A DNA stretch of 64,000 nucleotides from a virus (taxonomy: Duplodnaviria; Caudoviricetes), in IMG/VR virus record IMGVR_UViG_2838042994_000001, positions 756 through 64,755 of that record; one strand, given 5' to 3'. This document shows, piece after piece, positions 46,831 through 55,840 of this stretch. The notes below the pieces were generated by a model. The model did no database searches. It was not told where the DNA came from and was given only the letters and a program-made list of their open reading frames with translations. The stretch's first letter is position 1. Every line of letters starts with the position of its first letter. The position numbers were made by a program, and so were the translations under genes.

Positions 46831-47763
46831 TCAGGCGGCGTTGGTGGCGCCGTCGACCCAAATCTTGCCGTCAGGCATGCGGTACGTGATCGTTTCGGCG
46901 TCTTCGTCGACGTCGATCTGCTCGCCGGGAACGAGTGTCGGTATGTGCAGATGTGTCGGGCAGCCCTCTTTCTGTTCATCGAACGAGATCGGCTTTGCCC
47001 ACCGGCTGCAAGACCAGTGACCGTCGCCGCCCATCTCTGGAGTGCTATGAATGCACGAACGGCAGTTAACGCGCGGCCACGCGCCAGCCTTGCAAATCGG
47101 CTTGTGCTTGCAGAACATGCAGCCGAAGAATTCCGGATCCTCAGATATCCGCGATGGCGGCTCAGGCGTATTGATGATGCGCTCGAGCCGCGCCAGAAGG
47201 CGTAGGCAGAACTCCGCATCATATTCGATGCGCTCGGCATAGAGCGTGTCGTCATCCTTGCAGCTGACGAGGTATAGCGCCCGAGATATCCCAAAGGCAT
47301 GCATTCCCAGCTGAACCTGGCCGTAATGCAAGGGCTTCGCTTCCTTGCAGCCCTTCTTGACGATCTCCTTCATGCCTTTGGCGTTGCTCGACTTGAACTC
47401 GAGCAGGTGCTCTGTCTTCGGCGCCTCGGGAATGCCCATGGCCTTGCCATCGCACTTGCCGCGGACGTGCGAGCCGACGAGGCGAATTCGGTCCTGCTGG
47501 CCGTAGACGTCCACGCCGATGCGTTCCAGATCCTCGACTAGGCGGTCTTCTTCGATGTTGCCGGTCTGGAACAGGCGCAGCTGCCGGCCGTGGTGCTTTT
47601 CCAGTGGAGTGCACCAGCGGAAGGCAAACCACAGTGCGCGGTCACACTCGGTGTTGGCCTCGCCGACCGAGATGCCGAGGCTGTCCCAGGATTCTGCCGC
47701 AGCTTCGTAGGCTGCGTAGATGGCGCGGACAGTGCTGGATTCTGGTTTGGGAAGTGGTGCCAA
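46831..47763 (-). CDS. PD-(D/E)xK exonuclease (Cas4/RecB-like)
   Basis: GKCDG...LEFKS...QVQLGM...Cys cluster; TTG start approximate. Confidence 0.8.
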   Translation of the reverse strand: MAPLPKPESSTVRAIYAAYEAAAESWDSLGISVGEANTECDRALWFAFRWCTPLEKHHGRQLRLFQTGNIEEDRLVEDLERIGVDVYGQQDRIRLVGSHVRGKCDGKAMGIPEAPKTEHLLEFKSSNAKGMKEIVKKGCKEAKPLHYGQVQLGMHAFGISRALYLVSCKDDDTLYAERIEYDAEFCLRLLARLERIINTPEPPSRISEDPEFFGCMFCKHKPICKAGAWPRVNCRSCIHSTPEMGGDGHWSCSRWAKPISFDEQKEGCPTHLHIPTLVPGEQIDVDEDAETITYRMPDGKIWVDGATNAA

Positions 47764-47765
47764 GG

Positions 47766-48155
47766 TCAAACTCCGAAATGCTTCATGGCGGCGCGCACAG
47801 CGTCGCCGGTGGTGGTAACGTTGGTGTTGGTGACGCCAACGAAGAAATCGCAATCGTTTCGCGCCTCGCGCGCCGGGATGGGCTTGTGATCCGAGAAGCG
47901 GACCTTGAACGCTAGGCCGCCCATGCGAAGGGTGATGTATTTGGAGAAGGTGCGTTTCGCCTCATAGAGATAGACGTCGAGGCCGCGCCGGAGCGCGACT
48001 TCGCAGAATTCTACCCATCGCGGCTTTCCATACCCGAGCGCGTTAGCTCTCGCCGTGCGGATGGCGAGATATGCGGGCGTCATCTGCATGTTCTTCGCCT
48101 TTGCGGGCTTGGCCGGGATAGGTGCAGGCTGTCTCGGCTTTGGGATGGGTGCCAT
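47766..48155 (-). CDS. Hypothetical protein
   Basis: SKYITL...KVRFSDH; coupled start. Confidence 0.65.
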   Translation of the reverse strand: MAPIPKPRQPAPIPAKPAKAKNMQMTPAYLAIRTARANALGYGKPRWVEFCEVALRRGLDVYLYEAKRTFSKYITLRMGGLAFKVRFSDHKPIPAREARNDCDFFVGVTNTNVTTTGDAVRAAMKHFGV

Positions 48156-48313
48156 TAGCGCACCAACTGAAAAAGGATGGCTTTGATATCGTCGATGGTC
48201 TCGGCCCGCGCAATTTCGTCTGTCAGGTCTTGACGACGAACTATGCGCTTAGCTTCCTCAATGCCGTGGCCGGCTTCACGCAGTTCGCGCACGCGCGCCA
48301 ACGCCGTCTTCAT
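48155..48313 (-). CDS. Small hypothetical protein
   Basis: MKTALARVRELRE..., ATGA overlap. Confidence 0.5.
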   Translation of the reverse strand: MKTALARVRELREAGHGIEEAKRIVRRQDLTDEIARAETIDDIKAILFQLVR

Positions 48314-48573
48314 ACGTCCATCTCCTTCGTGAAAAAGCACCGCGCCGGCCGTGCCGGATCCTCGCGAAACGCCTTGCACCACGGCATGCCGTTGCGGATG
48401 ATCAGTTCGCGCGGCTGCTCGCACCACGCGGCATCTTCGATGATCGGGCAGCACCCATCGATGTTGTTGCCGATCCGGTTCAGGCAGTGGCGGCACCAAT
48501 GATGTTCGAAATCCTGGCCATCAGTGCCGTTAGCGGGCCGCCATGGCCCGCCTTCCCTTCCGTCGATAGCCAT
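48310..48573 (-). CDS. Small Cys-rich hypothetical protein
   Basis: PANGTDG...WCRHC...CPI. Confidence 0.55.
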   Translation of the reverse strand: MAIDGREGGPWRPANGTDGQDFEHHWCRHCLNRIGNNIDGCCPIIEDAAWCEQPRELIIRNGMPWCKAFREDPARPARCFFTKEMDV

Positions 48574-49631
48574 TAGACGCGCATGGGCATAAGTACCCCA
48601 TCCCATCCCTCGGCCGCCCCGGTCACGATAGCCGGCGAGCCAGCGTCGTTCAGTTTCAGCGTCACCTCGCCCGACGGCAGCACCGAGAGAATGTCGCGCA
48701 GGTATGCCGCATTGAAACCGATCTCGATCGGTTGGCCGCTGTATTCGGCCGCGACTTCGTCTTCGGCGTCGCCGTGGTCCGGATTGCGCACCGCGAGCTT
48801 GATCGAGCCAGGCGCGATGGTGAGGCGCACGGCGCGGCCGCGCTCGGAGGAGATCGTCGAGACACGATCAGATGCCTTGAGGATAGCGTCACGATCGACA
48901 GAAACGACATTCTCGTTGTTCGTCGGAATGACGCGCTGGTAGTCGGGGAACGTGCCGTCGATCAGCTTGCTGACGAGCGACAGCTCAGGCGACACGATCT
49001 TGATCTTGGTCTCAGAGACCGAAACCGTGACCTTGCCTTTGGGCGTCAGCGAGACAGTCTTGCGCGGCACGATGATGCCTGCGAAGGTGCCAAGGCTGCC
49101 GGTCGAGTTGCGCGCCAGGCGGTGGCCGTCCGTAGCAACAGCGACCGCACCTGCTTCTGTCGAGTGCAGGAAGATGCCATTCAGGTAATAGCGCACCTCT
49201 TCGCTGGAGATGGCGAAAGCCACCGGCGCGAAGAGCGCGGCAAGATCAACCTCGAATTCAGCGTCATAGGCACCGACCGACAGGCTTGGATAATCGGACG
49301 CCGGCAGGATGTTCAGGCCGAACTTCGACCGGCCGCTCTTCATCTCGAGCTTGCCGTCGACGAGCGAAAGCTCGACCAAGTCGTTGCCGGCCTTGCGGGC
49401 GATGTCTCCGAGCATCTTGGCGCTGACCGTGATGCTGCCGGCTTCATGGATTTCGGCCGGCGCCGACGCGGTTGCCTGGATGTCGAGATCCGTGCCGGTG
49501 ACGTGCAGTAGCCCGTCGGCTGCGGAAAGCAGCAGGTTCGACAGGATCGGGATGGTATTGCGGCTTTCTACGACCTTGCCAACGGCGCCGACGACGCGCG
49601 CGAGTTCGGTGCGCTGGATAGTTAAGCGCAT
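48573..49631 (-). CDS. dnaN: DNA polymerase III beta sliding clamp (phage-borne)
   Basis: ESRNTIPILSN, TGTDL, RYYLNG, ATDGHRLA, LIDGTFPDY, IGFN, LMPMRV. Confidence 0.93.
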   Translation of the reverse strand: MRLTIQRTELARVVGAVGKVVESRNTIPILSNLLLSAADGLLHVTGTDLDIQATASAPAEIHEAGSITVSAKMLGDIARKAGNDLVELSLVDGKLEMKSGRSKFGLNILPASDYPSLSVGAYDAEFEVDLAALFAPVAFAISSEEVRYYLNGIFLHSTEAGAVAVATDGHRLARNSTGSLGTFAGIIVPRKTVSLTPKGKVTVSVSETKIKIVSPELSLVSKLIDGTFPDYQRVIPTNNENVVSVDRDAILKASDRVSTISSERGRAVRLTIAPGSIKLAVRNPDHGDAEDEVAAEYSGQPIEIGFNAAYLRDILSVLPSGEVTLKLNDAGSPAIVTGAAEGWDGVLMPMRV

Positions 49632-49704
49632 GGTGGTCTCCTCTATTGCGGGCTGGCCCGCTTGTGGTGTGCCGCACGGTTGGTTGCCGTGCGGCTGGTG
49701 GTGG

Positions 49705-50238
49705 TTAGGCGCCCTGCCGGGTAGCCAGGATGCGGTAGGCGTCGATTACGCCGAGCGCTTGTGACTTGGCATCGTCCAGCGCATTGTGCGCCGTGCCGAT
49801 GTCCGGCTGCGTCGCGTTGGTCAGCTCGAAAAGTGTTCGGCAGTCGCGCGGCGTCTTGTAATGCCATGGGATCGGGATGCGGCACGCACGGAACGCCGAC
49901 TCGAGCAGCACCAAGTCGAAGGATGGCGGCTTGGCCCAAACGCGAGAGGCATCGACGCGGCGGACGTAATCGCCGAATGCGCCGATCGCCCATCCGATCA
50001 GACGGTCGCCAGAGAATGCCGCTTTACGCGCATCCTCGGATTGATCCATCCACCACTTCAGGGTGGACACATCAATTGTCAGTCCAACATCAACCGCCGA
50101 CTGCGGATCGATGGCCGCATAGAATTCTTCGCCGAACTCTTCCGTTTCTGCATCAAATGTCACTGCGCCGATGCTAAGAACTACGCTGCCCGGCTCAGTG
50201 CCGAGCGTTTCGATGTCGATCATAAGGTCGCGCATCAA
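49705..50238 (-). CDS. 3'-5' exonuclease, DEDDh family
   Basis: MIDIET...FDL...RDCRT...HNALDDA. Confidence 0.85.
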   Translation of the reverse strand: MMRDLMIDIETLGTEPGSVVLSIGAVTFDAETEEFGEEFYAAIDPQSAVDVGLTIDVSTLKWWMDQSEDARKAAFSGDRLIGWAIGAFGDYVRRVDASRVWAKPPSFDLVLLESAFRACRIPIPWHYKTPRDCRTLFELTNATQPDIGTAHNALDDAKSQALGVIDAYRILATRQGA

Positions 50239-50291
50239 ATCTCCTCTTGTGGTGGTGTGCGGCGGACCGCTGGTGACGACCCGCCAGAATG

Positions 50292-50519
50292 TTAGCGATA
50301 GCGGGCGACGATAGGTGGATTTTCGATTTCCATCCGAATCCCGTCATTCCATCCGCGAGGCAGGACATCCCGATTAGCGGTCGGCCTGATCACCTCGACT
50401 TTGGCCAATTTGGCCTTGATGGCTGCCCATTGTTCGGCAGAGGGCGGGTTGCCACCCATTGCCGTTTCGAATCCTTCCAGCCATGCCTTGAATTCGTTCA
50501 GAGTCATTTTGAGCCCCAC
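50292..50519 (-). CDS. Small hypothetical protein
   Basis: FKAWLEGF...W..IK..L. Confidence 0.55.
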   Translation of the reverse strand: MGLKMTLNEFKAWLEGFETAMGGNPPSAEQWAAIKAKLAKVEVIRPTANRDVLPRGWNDGIRMEIENPPIVARYR

Positions 50520-51088
50520 GGCCGGCGCGTGCCGCCCGCAGCTGGCGATGGCGCCGGGCGACCGGCAGGCTGGCGGTTGTCGTTTGCTGGTGCCTGGGCG
50601 CGAGCCGGCGGTGCAGCCTCGACGGATGGCTCCGGAATGTTGCCTTCGTCCGGATAGTAATATTTCTTGATTTCGTTGCGAGCCGCGTATTTCGGCGAGC
50701 CGTCGGCGTTCTTCTCCTTGCTATCCTTGCCCATGCCGATCTTGGCGTTGAAGGCGACGAAGTGCAGCTCGTCGGAATCGTCCGGCGCCTCGCTCATGCC
50801 GAGCGCACGAAGCAGGCATGCGAACTGCTTCTGGCCGATCTCCTGCACCTGCGCGTTCGGATGCTGCAGATTGTAGTTGGAGAAGATTTTGCGGCCCTTC
50901 AGCTCCTCCGGCGCCAGGACGTCGATCGTGACGCTCAGGTTGATGGCGTGGTCGCGCGTGTTCTCGTTCTTTTCCTTGATCTCGGAAGCGCTGATTTCCA
51001 GCGCATAATCGCCGTTCGGCAGGTTGGAGAAATCGCGCTGTTGCGTGTTCTCTTCGGTGGCTTCGACTCTTACGCCGATCTTTGCCAT
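50504..51088 (-). CDS. DUF669-like ssDNA-binding protein
   Basis: LPNGDY...NEIKKY; disordered tail ending PW; next to Sak4-like ATPase. Confidence 0.75.
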   Translation of the reverse strand: MAKIGVRVEATEENTQQRDFSNLPNGDYALEISASEIKEKNENTRDHAINLSVTIDVLAPEELKGRKIFSNYNLQHPNAQVQEIGQKQFACLLRALGMSEAPDDSDELHFVAFNAKIGMGKDSKEKNADGSPKYAARNEIKKYYYPDEGNIPEPSVEAAPPARAQAPANDNRQPAGRPAPSPAAGGTRRPWGSK

Positions 51089-51114
51089 TCATAGTCTCCT
51101 TCGTGGTGTGGTGG

Positions 51115-51267
51115 TTACTTGGTGAGTGCGTAGTAGCGCCAGGCGCCGCTACCGTATGCGGTGTGCGCGCATTCGCGCATCACGTTTTCGAGCCAAGCCC
51201 ATCGCTGGCCGCTGCGCGTCCGTACTTTGACCGGGAGCCACGCAAACCATTGCTCTTGGTGGAACAT
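51115..51267 (-). CDS. 50-aa Trp-rich protein (not in ORF track)
   Basis: MFHQEQWFAWLPVKV...WAWLE; TGATG overlap. Confidence 0.55.
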   Translation of the reverse strand: MFHQEQWFAWLPVKVRTRSGQRWAWLENVMRECAHTAYGSGAWRYYALTK

Positions 51268-52070
51268 CAGGCCGCCTCTTCTTCAACCGGCGCATGCGGC
51301 GTGTAGAAGTATTTCGATAGTTCGGTGAAGCCTTTGCCCTTCTTGAACGGGATGCTCGGCGGCATGTTCAGCCTGTTCTTGGCCAAGAAGCCGGCGCGCT
51401 CGTCCGCATAAATGACGCGCTCTGCGCCAGACATGCCTTCTGCTTTGCTCTCCTTCTTGCCGAAGCCTTTATCGACCTGCTTGACCGATGTGCGCTTGCT
51501 CATGAACAGAAGAGCATCGCTCTTTTCCATGATGATGTCGGTCGCGCGGTCCTGCAGCTTTGGCCGATAGCGATCGTACGAGTCGACGAGAGGATCGTTG
51601 AACTGCTTCACCTTGCTGTGCAGGATCTGGACGACGTGGATGCCGGCGCGCGAGAGCGCCCGCGTCGCCGACATGTATTCGAGCCAGTCGTTGTCTGCCT
51701 CAAGGTAGCCTTTACCGAAGGCAGTCGGGGAACCCTTATCGTTGCTGTCGATGGTATCCCAGCCCATGCGGCCGCACGTGAAATCCCAGACCATCTTTTC
51801 GAAAGCGTCGAGGCTGTCGATAATGACGGTCTTGAATTCGTGCTCCTGCGTCAGCAGATGTTCGAATGCATCCATCATTTCGTTGTAGTTCTCGATCTCG
51901 ATAGCGGGGACGTCGAGATCGACAGGGGTCTCCTCGCCTACCGTGTGGAGATAAATCGGGTCAGGAAACTCGCCGGCGAGCGTTGTCTTGCCGATGCCGC
52001 CTATTCCATAGATCGCGATAACGGGCGGCGTCTTTCGTTTACTCGATCTCAGTTTGTCGAAAACTGACAT
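51267..52070 (-). CDS. AAA ATPase, Sak4-like recombinase
   Basis: YGIGGIGKT, IIDSL, AKNR. Confidence 0.85.
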   Translation of the reverse strand: MSVFDKLRSSKRKTPPVIAIYGIGGIGKTTLAGEFPDPIYLHTVGEETPVDLDVPAIEIENYNEMMDAFEHLLTQEHEFKTVIIDSLDAFEKMVWDFTCGRMGWDTIDSNDKGSPTAFGKGYLEADNDWLEYMSATRALSRAGIHVVQILHSKVKQFNDPLVDSYDRYRPKLQDRATDIIMEKSDALLFMSKRTSVKQVDKGFGKKESKAEGMSGAERVIYADERAGFLAKNRLNMPPSIPFKKGKGFTELSKYFYTPHAPVEEEAA

Positions 52071-52079
52071 GCACGTCTC

Positions 52080-52181
52080 CTAGAAATAGCAGATTGCGAT
52101 GATGAGCAGGCAGGCCAGAATGACCGGCCACCAGCTGAACGGGTCAGGCGGCCACATGCCGGCGTCAGGGTTGGTCGTCAT
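52080..52181 (-). CDS. 33-aa single-TM peptide (not in ORF track)
   Basis: MTTNPDAGMWPPDPFSWWPVILACLLIIAICYF fills gap. Confidence 0.4.
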   Translation of the reverse strand: MTTNPDAGMWPPDPFSWWPVILACLLIIAICYF

Positions 52182-52434
52182 ATTGCTGAAACCGCTTAAT
52201 GGCCTTATCAGCGCCCCATACCGAACCAAGCATCACGACAATCGCAATGGTGGCGACTGGTATGAAGAAGAGCGCAGCAACTGCGCCGCCGAAGGCTGCA
52301 GCCGCGATGGCGGCCCGACGAAGAACCGGCGCCTTGAAAAACGTCGGCGTGGACTTCTGCACTGGCGCATCGATCGGCACATAGTCAAGCGGAGTGCCGG
52401 TGAGCGGCGGGTCTATCCATGGCGATCGGGTCAT
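52165..52434 (-). CDS. Hypothetical membrane protein
   Basis: Two TM segments; ATGA overlap. Confidence 0.55.
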   Translation of the reverse strand: MTRSPWIDPPLTGTPLDYVPIDAPVQKSTPTFFKAPVLRRAAIAAAAFGGAVAALFFIPVATIAIVVMLGSVWGADKAIKRFQQYDDQP

Positions 52435-52733
52435 GCTGCGATCTCGAGAGCGAGGACGCGACGGCGAGCGGCGCTATGCATGTGCTGATACGGGCGCGTT
52501 TCGCTGACGGCCGCGTTGCCGCGCTCCCGGGCAAGTCTCTTGCGATCGCCGCGCGAAAGTCCCTCGGCGTTGCGGCCAGGCTCTTTCGGCAGGGATCGAA
52601 AGCCCTTGCCGCCGGTGATGCGCTCCATCACTGTAAGCCGGCGGACTCGGTGGCCTTCATCGATTGACGGCATACCAAGCTTGAAGTCGTTGGCATGATA
52701 GTCGGCCGTGAGTTTTTCGAAGATGTTGGACAT
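52431..52733 (-). CDS. Hypothetical protein
   Basis: GAGGAG RBS, MSNIFEK. Confidence 0.55.
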   Translation of the reverse strand: MSNIFEKLTADYHANDFKLGMPSIDEGHRVRRLTVMERITGGKGFRSLPKEPGRNAEGLSRGDRKRLARERGNAAVSETRPYQHMHSAARRRVLALEIAA

Positions 52734-52797
52734 AGGTCTCCTCTTGCCGTGCGGTTGGTCGCCGCACGGCTTGCTGTGGTGGTGGCGTTGGTGGTGT

Positions 52798-53940
52798 TTA
52801 GGCGGCGGCGCCGTACGGATACTCGACGAAGTGCTCGACGACATCCTTGGCCGGCTTCAACTGCATGCCCGTTACGGCCCGCAGTTCCTTGATGGCCGCG
52901 ATCTTCTCGCCCTTGGCGGCGAGCCGCTGCCATTCGTGCTTGTAGGTCGGCACCGCTTCCTGGCTGGTGGTGGTCAGGATGTAGACGCCGAACTGCTGGC
53001 CCTTGGCTATGCCGGCAAGCCGATCGGCTTCAGCCTTGGCGGCCGATTCGGTGGTGTGCACGAACGGGCGAGCGGCTGGCTTCGGCTGGCCGTCTTCGAT
53101 GAGGGCGACGATGGCGGTGGGGGTTGGTGCGCGAGCTATGTCAACGTCACCGTCGTAGCACCAAAAGCTGCCGCGCCCATCGATATCGACAAGATAGGGC
53201 ATTCTGTCGTCGAGATCGTCTACCCTGACGACCGTTCCATTGCCGCTAATCGCGGCAAATTTTGCGAATACCCGGTCCCCCGCCTTGAACTTCGGCTTGG
53301 CCGGCGCCGCGTTGTCGTTGCTGGCCGACACGACGGGCTCGTCGATCCATTCGGAGATTATGTCATTGGGCAGTTCCGACGTAGTATTCGATCTTGATGA
53401 CTGTCGACCGCTATCTGCCCAAACGGCGCTTTGCCAGTTGCCCAGTTCGCCGAACGTCGCAATATCGCCCCGCACGAAAGCCGGCCCGACCTTGCGGCCG
53501 TCGCGCGTCTTGTAGAACTTGCCGGCTTCGATGGTGAGGTCTGCCGGTTGCGCTGCCGCGACAGCTGGCAGCGGTTCGAGTTCATCAATGTATGCGCCCG
53601 GCGAGAAGCCGAGGCGATTGTTATCCAGCGTGACATCAAGGGCGTATCTGCCATTAGCGGATTTGCGCGGGTTCGAAATAACTGTAGCCTTTTCGCCCTT
53701 AGCGCCGAAGCGTGCGCCGCCTGCCGTGCTATCGCGGACAAAGCGCACCCGATCGCCGACCTTCGGCTGCCATGCAGGCACAAGCTCGACGCGCCGATCG
53801 AAGCAGCCGTAGCTCGTTTCGCCAACCTTTACGTTGACGCCTTCGCTCCAGAAGCTCTCGACAACGCCTTCGTCGCCGACCTCAGCCGTTGAATACTTCT
53901 CGACGAACCGCACGCGATCGCCAACCTTAAACTTGCCCAT
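52798..53940 (-). CDS. Modular protein with repeated SH3/KOW-like modules and C-terminal L7/L12-like motif
   Basis: FKVGDRV, PKVGDRV, FKAGDRV; KIAAIKELRAVTGMQLKPAKDVVE. Confidence 0.65.
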   Translation of the reverse strand: MGKFKVGDRVRFVEKYSTAEVGDEGVVESFWSEGVNVKVGETSYGCFDRRVELVPAWQPKVGDRVRFVRDSTAGGARFGAKGEKATVISNPRKSANGRYALDVTLDNNRLGFSPGAYIDELEPLPAVAAAQPADLTIEAGKFYKTRDGRKVGPAFVRGDIATFGELGNWQSAVWADSGRQSSRSNTTSELPNDIISEWIDEPVVSASNDNAAPAKPKFKAGDRVFAKFAAISGNGTVVRVDDLDDRMPYLVDIDGRGSFWCYDGDVDIARAPTPTAIVALIEDGQPKPAARPFVHTTESAAKAEADRLAGIAKGQQFGVYILTTTSQEAVPTYKHEWQRLAAKGEKIAAIKELRAVTGMQLKPAKDVVEHFVEYPYGAAA

Positions 53941-54251
53941 TACGCTGCTCCTTCCGTTGTGGTGGTTTTGCGGAGCTTGCGCTCCTTGGTGAAGTCGATG
54001 ACATTGTCGGCTTCGGCCGGCGGCTTTTGCTTCCCGCCAACCGGCGGCTCGTCGCCTTGCACGGCCATGTGCCGCAGCGTCACGGCGAACATCATGCGGA
54101 TTTCCAGGCTGCCGGCGATCTGGACGTGGTAGTGGCGGCCGAAGTCAGATCCACCGACGACAATGCCGAACACGTCCGTATTGAGTTTTGATTCGACCCA
54201 GTCACCTTCATCAAATGCTATGCAGTCGCAGTGGTTTTCTTCCATGCTCAT
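53940..54251 (-). CDS. Hypothetical SH3-like protein
   Basis: FDEGDWV...; coupled. Confidence 0.55.
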   Translation of the reverse strand: MSMEENHCDCIAFDEGDWVESKLNTDVFGIVVGGSDFGRHYHVQIAGSLEIRMMFAVTLRHMAVQGDEPPVGGKQKPPAEADNVIDFTKERKLRKTTTTEGAA

Positions 54252-54598
54252 GCCGCCACCTGCATATCCGCCAGGCCGGCAATAAGAAGCTCGCGCTCGG
54301 ACGGCGCGACTTCGGCGGTGTCCAGCGTCGGAATGCGCTGCAGCGACACAGGCATGGCGCCGCTCGTCGTCGAGCAGCCACCGTTGGACGGCACCATCTT
54401 GGTGGTGGCGCGCGGATTATTGTCGTTCGCCGCGGCGATCGGGGTTTTCGTGTAATGGCCGAGCCCGTGCTCGCGCCGCAGGCGCTGGTAGCATGTCATC
54501 GGCTTGATGCTGTATCTGGCTGCTATGGCGGCAACGGTTTCGCCGTTGAGTCTGCGCGCATGCATATCGGCCAGCATTGCGCTGGTAATCATCGTCAT
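54248..54598 (-). CDS. Hypothetical HTH-like protein
   Basis: GETVAAIAARYSI; RBS. Confidence 0.6.
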   Translation of the reverse strand: MTMITSAMLADMHARRLNGETVAAIAARYSIKPMTCYQRLRREHGLGHYTKTPIAAANDNNPRATTKMVPSNGGCSTTSGAMPVSLQRIPTLDTAEVAPSERELLIAGLADMQVAA

Positions 54599-54667
54599 GT
54601 CGTCTCCTCTGTGGTGTGATTGGCAGGCGGTGAACTTGCCAATGGATTGTCATAATGATATCGATTT

Positions 54668-54680
54668 ACAAATTTGTCAA
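54668..54680 (-). promoter_or_regulatory. ACAAATTTGT operator overlapping TTGACA, adjacent to start of HTH gene
   Basis: Direct reading. Confidence 0.72.
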
Positions 54681-54683
54681 AGT

Positions 54684-55334
54684 ATGGCGGCCATTATGTC
54701 TTCACGCGGCACCCCCTCCAGATCGCGCTTCGCGCAGATGCTTGCGGCCGAGCAGATCAAGCGCGGCCAGACAGATCGCGAGGTGGCGGAAAACCATGGC
54801 TGGCTGCAGCAGACGTTCAGCCGGTGGAAGCTTGGAAGCCTGCCGCGGCAGCATATGTTCGCATCGATCGCCAACTTCCTGGAAACAGATGAGAACGCCG
54901 TGCGAGAGATGGTCGAGGAAGCGCAGGAAAGCGCCGCATCGACGAAACTGCCAAACGTGGCAGCATTCAACGCTGCCCGGGTCTATGGCCGGGTGACGGA
55001 TCGCAAAGACGGGAAGTATGTCTTCGACGCGTTCAACAAAGGCCGCAAGCGCATCCCCGATGGACGCTATGCCATCTTGATCGATACAAAGATCATGGAG
55101 CCGGCGCTGCCGGTCGGCACCAAGGCGTGGCTGGATCCGGCAATCTGGCCTGCGCCAGGCAACGAAGTGCTGGCCCACACCAAGGGCGGAGCCGCATGGA
55201 TCGGCCGGCTTGTTGGCGTGTCCGGCACGTCCGCAGAGATCGAGCGCTATGCCGCTGCCGGCCGGGAGACGATGACAGTGCGAGATGTTGAGGCGGTGCA
55301 TGTCATCGTCCTTTCCGAGCGGTTGGCGTCATAG
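54684..55334 (+). CDS. Second XRE-type HTH regulator with S24-like C-terminal domain
   Basis: TDREVA...QQTFSRWKLG HTH; MEPAL..G...DP...GNEVL; flanked by operator on both sides. Confidence 0.78.
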   Translation: MAAIMSSRGTPSRSRFAQMLAAEQIKRGQTDREVAENHGWLQQTFSRWKLGSLPRQHMFASIANFLETDENAVREMVEEAQESAASTKLPNVAAFNAARVYGRVTDRKDGKYVFDAFNKGRKRIPDGRYAILIDTKIMEPALPVGTKAWLDPAIWPAPGNEVLAHTKGGAAWIGRLVGVSGTSAEIERYAAAGRETMTVRDVEAVHVIVLSERLAS

Positions 55335-55347
55335 TGCGCATTTTATG

Positions 55348-55378
55348 CTTGACAAATTTGTGAAGTGTTTGGTAGACA
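55348..55378 (+). promoter_or_regulatory. Rightward promoter CTTGACA...TAGACA containing operator (55352..55361)
   Basis: Direct reading; no long ORF downstream on +. Confidence 0.55.
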
Positions 55379-55519
55379 CAACACGTCGCTGTGGTGGCGA
55401 CAAGGAAATCCGGGTTCTGACGAGCGTCAGCTAGTCTCCTCCCCGAGATAGTACGCGCCCATTCCCCAAGCCGATAATCAGGTGGTGCTGGCCTTCGGGT
55501 CGGCTTGGTGGAATTTGGT

Positions 55520-55807
55520 TTATGAGTGCCGAAATCTGTGCTCCCAATAAATAGCTCGCTCGGGATGTGCCTCCGCAGATCCATGCCCCCTCTCAATTTC
55601 AAGGAGGAGCTTTCTAGCTGTTGCTGCTGCAGAAAAATGAGCTGACAGTAGTTCAATCGGATACCCGGGTGTCTGCGCGGCAAAAACCATAAGACGCCTT
55701 AGCGCCGCATCAATTTCACCAGAGCTATTGGCTCGCTTGTACGGAGACGCCAACCCCGGACCATCTGCAGTCATGCCCTTGATTTCTGCGAAACTAAATT
55801 TTTCCAT
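55520..55807 (-). CDS. Hypothetical protein downstream of guide array
   Basis: GAGGAGAC RBS. Confidence 0.6.
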   Translation of the reverse strand: MEKFSFAEIKGMTADGPGLASPYKRANSSGEIDAALRRLMVFAAQTPGYPIELLSAHFSAAATARKLLLEIERGHGSAEAHPERAIYWEHRFRHS

Positions 55808-55840
55808 GCTGGTCTCCTCTTCTATGGTGGTTGGTTCTGG

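Noticed and set aside
55442-55450. Self-target of guide 55841..55886 (CCCGAGATA matches spacer A)
   Set aside because: The adjacent bases (GTACGCGCC) do not match the expected AGTAGGAAC; a lone 9-mer hit is expected by chance
55467-55509. Additional guide unit
   Set aside because: A stem is present but the interior has only one CCA with an 8-nt segment and does not fit the dual 9-nt pattern
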